Source: Dimorphilus gyrociliatus
Taxonomy: Eukaryota > Animalia > Annelida
DNA: 64,000 nucleotides
Assembly: GCA_904063045.1 (NCBI GenBank)
Contig: CAJFCJ010000007.1
Coordinates: 3,727,404-3,791,403, forward strand
Direction of reading: 5' to 3'
Shown: positions 45,506 to 56,231 of the stretch, piece by piece
How positions within the stretch are numbered: the first letter of the stretch is position 1
Layout: each line of letters opens with the position of its first letter
Position numbers and translations under genes: made by a program
Notes under the pieces: generated by a model
Database searches by the model: none
Seen by the model: the letters and a program-made list of their open reading frames with translations, nothing else
What the model was told of the DNA's origin: nothing

Positions 45506-47141
45506 ATGGCATCGAGTTTTGACGCAATAGAAAGTAAGATCTTTAATGATCCAATTCATGGACATATGGGTTAGTAATATTTAATAGACTATACAATATT
45601 TATTATTTATACTTTTTCTTTTCTCTATTAAAAGATTTTGATCCTCTTCTAATAAAGGTTATTGATACACCTCAATTTCAACGTTTGCGACATATTAAGC
45701 AGTTAGGAAATTGTTACTGGGTCTATCCATCCGCTAATCACAATAGGTTCGAACATTCTCTAGGAACGTGCTATTTAGCGTCTAAGCTGGTTCAATCCCT
45801 TAAGAACGGATTAGACAATGATTTAGAGATTGAGATAACGGAAAAAGATATATTTCTCGTCTCTTTAGCCGCACTTTGCCATGATTTGGGGCATGGACCG
45901 TTATCGCACGCTTTTGATGGTATTTTCCTGGAAAAATTGGAACTAAAAAAGAAGCATGAAGATTTATCAGTTGAGATGCTCGATCGTCTTCTTAAGGAGA
46001 ATGACTTAATACCGAAATTCAAAGAGCGCTTCAACGATTTTGACGACGAAGTTGATATAGAATTTGTAAGAGAACAGATAAGAGGTCCAAAAGAAAATGA
46101 TGTTTTAATAGGATTAAAAGATAATAAAAAAAGGTAGTATCACTTGGTGAAATCCCAATATAGTAAGAACTAGTCTATTCTGACTATAGATTCCTTTACG
46201 ATATCGTGTCGAACAAAGAAAGTGGAGTGGACGTCGATAAATTTGATTATATCGCAAGAGATTGCCATCATTTAGGAATTAAATCAACTTTTGATCATTC
46301 CCGTTATATTAAACTGGCTAAGATCATTAAGTCTGGTGATTCTTATAAAATATGTATCAGAGAAAAGGTATAAATAGAGAAAAATCCTTAGAAATTGATA
46401 AATTCTTCACAGTTTTATTGATTATTTTTTCAAGGAAGCGAGAAATATTTACGAACTTTTTCATATGAGATTAGTTCTACACGACAGGGCGTATCAGCAT
46501 AAAACATGCAAAGCTATTGAATTAATGTGAGTATTTATATTCTATTGCAAAAGAAAAAAAACACACAACAAAACAATTAATTAATAAATAAGTACTACCA
46601 TTCACTATCCAATAGGATGATGGATGCTCTATACTCGGCCAAGGACCATATTAAGGTTATCACAAGTAATAAGGAATTAAAACTTGAGGAAACAGTTAAC
46701 AATGCCGAGGCCTTTGAACAATTAACCGACAACACCATTTTTGGTTTACGTTATACGACTGATCCTAATTTGAAAGAATGTCGAGAACTGCTGGAGAGAA
46801 TTGACCAAAGGAAAATCTATCGTTGTATGTACCAAGGAGATATTTCGTTGAAAGAAAATGTTGATATGATACTAGAAGATTACAAAGATAAAATCATCAT
46901 CGCACCAGTGAACTTAAACTATGGAATGAAGAATTTAAATCCGGTTGATCATTGTTGGTTTTATGAAAAGTCAAATACCAAGGAATGCTTCACTATAAAG
47001 AAGGAAGAGGTTAGTCAATTTCTACCTCAAAAATTCTCGGAAAAGCGTATTAGAATTTACTATAAAGGGGTTGACAAGGAAGAGTATGAGGAGATAAAGA
47101 AGAAATTAATTGAGGAACTAAACAAGCAGCATACTAATTAG
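45506..47141 (+). CDS. SAMHD1: SAMHD1-like dNTP triphosphohydrolase copy 2 (HD domain only)
   Basis: KIFNDPIHGH, IDTPQFQRLRHIKQLG, HNRFEHSLG, CHDLGHGPLSHAFD, DVDKFDY, FHMRLVLHDRAYQHK, NLNYGMKNLNPVDHCWFY. Confidence 0.94.
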
Positions 47142-47343
47142 ACATAGTAACACTTTCTTTATTCATGTATAAATAGTAATACACTAAAATAAAAACAAAA
47201 AAAACGCTATAGGAAGAAGTGTGGTCTGTACATTCAATGAAACTACTAGGGAACACATTTGAGATCGTTTTACATTATCAATGCTTTATCTTCTTCTTTT
47301 TCTTCTTCTTCAATTACTTCTTTTCCTTCTCCTTTCTCAATAC

Positions 47344-50280
47344 TTAAACAAACGATTCACGCGGTATTTTAACGATGGCACCAACTTCTGGTGAACGTCG
47401 TAAAATTTTGCTATAAAAAGCATTTATAGGCGTTTCCAAAGGTTGTTGGCTAAAATTGTTTGTCATCGACATGTAAACATCGTCGAGAGTTGCAGGCTGA
47501 TTATTATTGACTCGGCTATGCTGAAGAGTTTGATAAATGGCTGTATCAGAAGTTGTTGGTAATGTATCGTTTATGACGTCATATTGAGAGCTTGCCGATT
47601 CGCTGACGTCCGAACGTAATCTGTATTGACCGCAACTTGAGCAGCGACCCGAAATACCGTAGATAGGATTTGGTAACGGAGCGTGTAAATGGCAAACTGG
47701 CGTAAAAGCGCTTTTGGAGGACGAAGATGAGTTGATCCTCGATCGAGGAACGGGAGGGAGGGCTCTACTAGACGTGCTTGTTAAGCTCGTACCTCTTTGC
47801 AGGGAATTTTTTCTTATTACTGTAATATGACAATAGAAAAACAAACATTGATAATAATCGTTAATGATTGCTTATTCTTATCCAATTTACTTACGTCTAA
47901 CGTTTGTTACAGAATTATTTTCGCTATCTTCTCCACTGCAAGTTGTACAAACAGTATTGCAGTTGGAAGCGTCTCCATTACTACTGCTCTCATTGTATTG
48001 CAATTCTGAAAAAGCAGAACATAGGACGGTTATTATTAAGTAGGAGAAAAGTTTCAAGTTCAAGGTCAACTAACTTTTTAACTGCCATTTTTTCCATGAA
48101 AATATAATAACAAAAAACCCGGCAAGAGCGACAAAGAATACAACACATACACTAGTTACAATTACTGTTGTACTTGAATTTTCAGAATTCAATATCTTCT
48201 CTCCAATTTGACCGTCGGAATTGGAAGTTGTAGAGTCGGTAGATGGCGTTATCGATTCGGCGCAAAGGTCATCGGGAATGAACCATTGAATTTTTAAAAC
48301 TTGAGTATAAGTTGCGTTTGACGTTTGTATAAGACCTTGATAAAAACCATTATAAGAGACGTCATACGGGCAATTAACTATCCAGTTCAATTCTGATCGT
48401 CTCGCCATAGTTTGACCATATTCGTATTGTCCCGTCATATTGTAAGATTTAATTTGATAACGATCCTTATCAATTGTCGAGTCGCCCAACTTCCAAACAA
48501 CCGAAGTAACCAAAGAGATTCCCGTATAGGTAAAATACAATTGAAAATTATTACCCTGGCGGCGTACCGATTTAGAGGTTTCTAAAACTTTCGGCGGAGC
48601 TTTGATCATTAACAAACGACTATCCGAATCTTGAGAATTGCCGTTATTGTCTAAACAACGACAATAATAATATCCAGTATCTGTAACATCAATAGAAACA
48701 AACGAAAATGATCCAGTATCACTTAAATGGGACCAAGTTGAATTATTCCTCTTAATCAACATGAATTTCATAGAATTTTCTAAAAAATAAATTAAGGAAA
48801 AGGAAAAAGATATTAAGTAAATTTATTAATAATTAATTATAATAGAATATGTAAATATATACAAACCAGTTTTAACTGAGCAAATAAACTTGACTGCATT
48901 GTTTACAAATACTGTTTGACTTTCAATATTTAAGATAGGCTTTTCCAAGAGTAAGTCTGTCATTTAAATCGCCAAAGTTTTAAATTCTATATATTATATA
49001 TTGTATACTACTAATCTAATTGTATATCTATATATATATATATATATATATAGTACATATTCATTCATTTGCATGGTAATTAATGAATTAATTAATGAAT
49101 TAATTAATTCACATTACTATAATATTTTACTACTTTACTATTTTCACATTTGTTGGCCTATTAAAAAAAAAGAAATAAAAAAATCGGTGCAATTCCTTCA
49201 CTATTCGGTTTGGACAAATAGTTTTAAAGTTCGCAATTGGGCCTAAAGCGTATTTTTTTTCTCTCTCTCTTGTACACAAAACCCGATATGGATTTGTACA
49301 GAAATAGGAGTTAAGCTTAATAGACGTACACATATTCTATACTATATATATATATATATATATATATATTCATGATTGCGACATATCGTCAACTTACTTT
49401 TAATCTGGATTGTTTGTCTCTCCGACATCAGTCTTACGTTAAGAAATTCACTATACGCATTGGAAGCCATACAGTAATAAGTTGAATTATTATCATCCAT
49501 TTTCAATGGTTTAAACTGTAGAATTGAACTTTTAACACCAATTCTAATATCGTTTTTGTACCATTCAATATCAGCTATTGGATATCCAATATCTATTAAA
49601 CGGCAAATTAACATATACACTTTTCCAGTTTCCCACGGAAATTCTTCATTCGGTTTCATAGTCAATTGAGCAGGTAGTCTAGCCGGATTGGCAACAACAG
49701 TAAACTCTATTCTATTTCCAATACGGCAATGAAATGTTGTAGAATTTTTAAGAGAAACGTTCTCCTTAATTATTAATTTTACTCTTGTAATCGGATTACC
49801 AGCAGTTTGAAGTCTATAATTATCATTTACGTATAATTCTCCGCCGATACTTAACGTACTCTCTCCATCCCTAGTTTAATTTTTTTTTTAAAAAAAAAAA
49901 AAAGAAATCCTGAATTAATAAACAACACTAAAAATAAATAAATAGTAAAGAAAGAAAGCTTTAATATAAACATTTAAGATGAATATAAATAGATAATAAA
50001 GAGAAAAAAAAACGACGCTTTTTTTTTCTCTCTCTCTCCCTTCTTTTCAAGTTTACTTAAGTATTATCATATGCAAATACTACATAGTCTAGAGAAGATC
50101 TTAAGATACAAGAAAAAATTTATTCATTAATACATACTTCCTCCACATGATAATGCAAGGCGATGTTGTTGTACATTCGCACCAGCCAAGATCCAACTCT
50201 TTTTCTGGTATTTTTAATAAATCTTCAGCAGCAACTAGTCCAAAACAGATTAAAAGGATAATTTGCGAAAGAGTAGCCAT
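47344..50280 (-). CDS. Immunoglobulin-superfamily single-pass receptor (about 4 Ig domains) with a Tyr-motif-rich cytoplasmic tail
   Basis: Signal peptide MATLSQIILLICFGLVAA. Ig motifs (CRLIDIGYPIADIEWYKND..DDNNSTYYC, DTGYYYC). TM VIVTSVCVVFFVALAGFFVIIF. Tail in ORF 47344..47844. Exon joins are approximate. Confidence 0.8.
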
Positions 50281-52122
50281 TCTCTTCTTTTGTCCATGTA
50301 TAATTTTTTCTCCTCTGTTAATAATATAAAATATTTCATTCAGCAAAGAAGAAATAGCCTTTCTATTCAATATTTTCTATATTTTCTATCTTATTTAGAG
50401 AGAACTAAGGCGCTGTTTAAGTATTACAGAAAAACAATCCACAAATTGTTGAAACAATTGAAAGCAGTTGTTTTAGAAATTGACCTCTTCGATGTATGAA
50501 GACTTTTAAAAAAAATCATAGGCCTACGATAAAAACAAGGGAGATTGACAGAGTGAGAGAGAGAGAGAGGACGAACAAAAACTTGTCGAAAGAGAAAAAG
50601 TATATTAGGTGTCTATCTATCGTTTCTCTAGTATTCTTCCTTCTTATATTTTAATGTAAATATAAACAATCGTCCACTCATTCTCCGTGTTTACGTCCTC
50701 TTTGGTAGGTTAAAGCCGTCGGTTATCTCTTCTCTCTCTCTCTCTCTCTCTCAATCTATCCATCTCTTTTTCTTCTTTGCCCAATTTTACTTCCTATCCA
50801 ATATTCCAGGGACTGTTTAGCTGCCTTCTTAATCGTATAAATCTTCTTAAAGCACTATTCGTTAATACTAAATCCCTATCCCTTCGTTATTAATCGCTTT
50901 GTGTTAAGTAGTGGGCAGTAGGCTTATTTATACAATGTCTTAAAGATCTCCTCCCCTTTTTATTTGATTTCTTTATATATATGGAATTATTTTAAAATAA
51001 CTTACCAGATTTTTACGGTCGTTTGTCTATGTTTTTTATGTAGATTTAATTAAAAGAATGAGAAATTAAGTAGAAAATACATATCCAATACGTTAGCGCC
51101 GGTACGAAGTTGGTGTTTGCCGAGCTTCCCTATTCTCAATAATAACACCAGAGGGACTTCAATACTGGTTTAAAACTCGTAAGCGACAATAGTCCTATTA
51201 AGCTATACGTCGTTCTCTAACGAAAACAGCTCAAAGCTTTAAACTAACCTAATGACTATGCATGCACGGCAGGTAAAAAACAGTCACCAGTATTTGAAGT
51301 TTTAATAATGGGTCGTAAAAGCTCATCGGTATTCAAATAGATAAGAACAAAGAGATAGAGCACCTTATTTATTGGAAAAGTATATGATGACGTAAAGTGA
51401 GAGGTGGAAGATTTTGGGAATTGAAAGAAAAAGGTGGGAAAGTGGGTGGAGGTATAAAAAAAAAAATAGCGAGATAATTGCGCTACTACAAAAACAAAAC
51501 TTTCCCCTATCATTTAAGTACTTAAATAGACGCTCCTAAAACCTAATGACGCTTTTATAACCAACCTCCTTATATAAAAATAGGAAAGATCAGTTATCCA
51601 GGCCCTTAGCTCTTTGAAGAAAAAACGAAGGCCTGTTTACACACGACAAGCGAAAGGTCGCGTATTAATCCATAAGTTTCTTTTAATTGCCATTTTATGG
51701 GTGTGATAAACGCCAATCCCCTTAAACCTAACCATTCCGTTGCTTTTCTTCTTCTCTATATGCAATATTCCCTAACGGCGGTGTTTTTTTTATTATTATT
51801 TCCTTCAACATTGGATTCTCGTATATGAAATAATAAAAGAAAAAACGGTCCGTTACGAATTGAATTGGGACAATAAAAAAAAAAAAATATCAAACAATAT
51901 TTCTAATTCTTCAGAAAGAGCAGATTAAAGTCGGTTCTTTTTTCTTCTTTCTTTATCCAACCTTTGTTGTTATTTATTGTTAATAATTACATATACTATT
52001 ATGTTTCTATTTTTTTATATATTTATATATATTGACTATTTTAGTATAAACATATTTCAATGTTTTATTTCCTTCTTTCTCTCTCTCTCTCTCTCTCTAT
52101 TTCTATTTTCCCTGTTTCCCCA

Positions 52123-52154
<32 letters not shown>

Positions 52155-53640
52155 AATGAATTTAGTTAGTTTAATATTTTTGAACTATTTCCTTTTCAAG
52201 TCGCAAACAGCTCATTCTATGTCTCAGTTCCTTTGTTTATTATGTAATAGAATGTTAAATAGATAAAGACCGACCGTTATGTAATCGTATGTCATTCCCA
52301 CTTGATCGACCTATCAATTTCATGTTCAAGCAGCCGTAACGGAACTGTGGGTCTTTTCAAGCCTATTGTTAAATTTTGGCAAAGCAAAGAATAAGAAATG
52401 AAATGAACGCGTTATTTCTCTTTTCTCTCTTATTTTTTGCCTATCACCCTCTCTGTGTCTGTCTATCATTTTGCCTGTTCATGCGAATATTGTCTATTTT
52501 ATCTATATAACATCGTTTCTACCTTTTCACGCGGAGTCCTCTGACCAATAAAGCACTCGTCTTTTTCTAGAGAAAACTCGAGGAGAGGTTTGAAGTGGTA
52601 AACCCCAGGAGTTCAAGTTTAAAGTCTCCAAACTTCTACCCCCAACTGTTCTTTTTCAATTGTGAATTGTTATTATGGGTAGTTTTTTATTAAGTTCCTT
52701 TTTATTCCCAACGTATATTTACCATATTCAGTCAAACAGTACGTATACTCATTATCAAATAACACTGTAGGGGAGAATTTATACATATTTATATACTCTT
52801 TATATTGTCTATGGAATCCATGTATGTATTTTCCTTTATATTCCAGCATTGTCTCTGCATACAAACAATAACGGATATATTGGATTACCGATTTGTTTCT
52901 TATCAATAATATCTGCTTTATTTCTTTAGACAGTAATATAACTTTTAACCTAAAAAGAATAAATCAAAATACAGTTTATTCTTGTTATGAAGATATTTAT
53001 TTATATAAATTTTAAATTAATTTTAAATTACATGTTAAAAATTCATATAGCCATTCAATAAATATAAATATCGATAGTTAAAGTGTCAGGAATGTTCGCC
53101 TACCCCCTACTGATTTATTTTCTACGGCTTTTTAACTAACAACAATCGACTAAAGTTCTTCCACCCCTTTCTCCGCCTTCTTTTCTTTTTTCTTCACTCA
53201 ATTATCCTCGTGTAGTTTAAACTGTTATATAGTCGAGTGGAGTTAAGGGGAAGAGAAGGACGAAAGGAGAGATATTATAATTACGACGCAAAATACAATT
53301 ATAAAGCTGCTTTTTATCTATTAATTTCTCCTCTATTTACCCTCTACCCATTCAAGTCAATGGAATGGGAAGAAAGCTGAACAATTCTCACTATAAATAG
53401 GTCATTTTATATTGTAAAGGCATCAATTCGAATCTGCTTATATGTCATCTTTTCGTAATAAAACTTTGTAGGCTCCTTAGCCGCAATTCTCTATTGAATA
53501 ATGTCAATTTACTCTAATATGGTCGTCGACCTTTTGCCATTCCAAGAGGCGACAAATGTGCCATCTATTGGAGTATGTGACATAATAGGAAATTGAACGG
53601 TTGAAAAATCGAAAAGTTCCTAGACAAACATCAGACGAAC

Positions 53641-55910
53641 ATGACGCTTCAACTGCTTGTCATCGTCTTTATCTTTATTAATGTCTTAACTGAAAGTAAC
53701 ACTTATAAGCACTTGGGCTGTTGGACAGAAGATTTAACCTCTCCGGATTTGTCTGGAAAAACTTCTTCATTTACCAAATTGTCAGAATGTTTAAGTTGGT
53801 GCTTCGGTGAATCTTTCTCTTATGGCGCCATGTATAATGGCGAAAAGTGCCTTTGCGGATATACATATGGTAAATTTGGTACTAGTTCATGTAAGTTCTT
53901 TTGTTATTGAAACTGTTACCACAACTTTTTAATGTTCATTCCTCTTCTATTGAATTTGTAATTATAATTAAAAAAAAACCTGTGTCAATGTTCCGGATCG
54001 ATTATGGCTGATACAAGACACCGACTAACTTGTTGTTTGTTATGAACAGCCTGCACGGAGAGCAGCTCATGCGGCGGAAAGTGCGGAGGTGCGAGCTCAA
54101 GCGATGTTTATTACTCCCTTCCGGAAGGTAATGGGTTGAAAGATGTTTACGTGTAAAAGTTTTATCAATAGGGCATATAAATGCAATTGATCTATCCTCT
54201 CTTTTAATACACCCACTACATTCATTTCCAAGCGTCAAATCATATCTATTGACACCCAGTTCCCAGCCTTAAATTAGCAATTGATCGTTTCATTACTCTT
54301 TCAACAGTTACCAGTAGACCCTTCAGATTTGTTCTGAATAAAGTTAATTTTGCTGATGCTCGAAAGTATTGTATTAGAAACCATCGAGGAGATTTATCTT
54401 CGGCGTCAACAGAGAGTCGATGGAGTTCGTTAAAGGCTATTGTAGATAGTGTTAAGTCATCTGGTAAGACAAGTGGTAAATTATGGGTTGGGGTTTGGAA
54501 GCCGTTATCAACTTTTCAATGGGTGGACGCGTATAAAACAGCTACTGTTGACTCTAAAAAATGGGCAAACTCTCAACCTTTGGCAATTAATAAATGTGCT
54601 ATCATTAGAATAGCTGATTATCTTCTTGAATCCGTTTCCTGTACAGACGGAACAATAGACGGTTTTATTTGTGAAGAGACGCCTTCGACTGGTAAATCAT
54701 TACTTATTTTTTTTTATATATATAGTATTATAAAGTATTATATGCCATTATATATAAGTGTTTATTTACTTGTTACTAAGCCACCACTAAGAATCCTGCC
54801 TCGACAACATCTGAAAATTCACAATCGAAAGATTCAACATGGTTTACGACAAGGAACGTCACTTTTTTCATAGTTATGCCACTTTTTGGATTGTGTTACG
54901 GAGGATCTTGTTGCGTTTATGGTATACATAGAATTTGCAGAGCGCTAAAACGAAAACAAAAAGATAAAAGCAAAGAACTTTTATCAAATGAACAGTCTTT
55001 ATCAAACGACTCTGTTGTAAGATTTAGCGCTTTTAATCGCGATAGACGTCCACCTTCCGGTGGATCCGGAGATAACAGGCAAGATTTAAACGAGTTAAAG
55101 CCAATTGAGATTATATATAATCCCCCCAATCGGCCTTCATCTCAAGCCAAGAGTTCGTCTATTCAAGTAACAGCTTTAATGGAAATTCCTCCAAAGAATC
55201 TCACTAAGGTAGATAACAATAATGATGATTTAGATATCGATCAGAAGCCTCAAGAATTGGACAAAAGCGAACTAAGTAACGAAGAAGGGGAAATGGAAAG
55301 GAAACAGCCAGAAGGTAAACAAGATAGTCCGCAATTTGAAAAATCAATTTCAAGAAACTCTGTACTTGTTGAGCCATTGAGCGACAAAAATCAGACAAAG
55401 AATGAGAAGGACGACGAAGAGGCACCAGCTGAAGAAGAAAAGAAAGACGATGTCAAGAGATCAGCCCTGTTACGGCGAGCCTTACGAGATGCCAGAAAAC
55501 GGAGGAGAGATGGAGCTACTTCCTCTATGGATTCGAGGAGAATAGACACGCCGCAAGCTCGGCCTAAAACAACTATGGGTAGACGACGTTCTCCCTTACC
55601 ACCCCTTTGTAATAATAAAACAGCGCCTGCCGACGACGGTGACGACGAAGACGATTTCGTGAATAAACGCCCACCACCTCGTACATTCCTAGCCACCGCC
55701 AAAAGTGGTTTTAGAACTCCAGTAGATCCCCGGCTAGTGCAAAATCAGAGCAGACAAGAAATAGACGACGTAGAGGATACTGGAGAGGCGCAAATTTTAT
55801 ACGTTGAACCTAGGGAAGATCCTCCGAATAGAATCTCAATAGATGACATACTAAAGTCGAAGAATGCGAAGAATAATAATAATAAAAAGAAACGCATACT
55901 GGCAGCTTGA
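53641..55910 (+). CDS. Type I membrane protein with WSC domain, C-type lectin-like domain and a long disordered cytoplasmic tail
   Basis: Signal peptide. WSC YKHLGCWTE..CLSWC..YGAMYNGEKCLCG..CGGKCGG..DVY across two exons. CTLD FADARKYC..LWVG..FQWVD..W..QP..C..SVSC..FICE. TM near VTFFIVMPLFGLCYGGSCCVYGI. Stop at 55910. Confidence 0.82.
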
Positions 55911-56231
55911 ATAAAATATTCTTTTTTTTTTTTTGGTTCGATAAAAAAAATGTTGACGTCGTTCGATGTTGTTATGGACGACGCCGCTCTGTGCGATTTA
56001 ATTATCTGCAGTTGTGTATTTTTTTTCACGTATAACAATTATACTTCTGCACAATGAAAAACACAAAAAATACATTCCTTACATTCGACATGTACAATTT
56101 AAATTCTTTTCTTTTCAAATCGACAAAAAAATACAACGAAAACGATTAGGTAGAAAAACACAGACGATATGACTAGATTTGAAGGCCGGTAGATGGCGTA
56201 TTTTTTAAAATTTTGTGCGAACCAACTTTGG

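Noticed and set aside
52673-52906. Tyr-rich 77-aa minus-strand ORF
   Set aside because: AT-rich sequence, non-ATG start in the ORF track, no recognisable motif or partner exons; cannot be supported.
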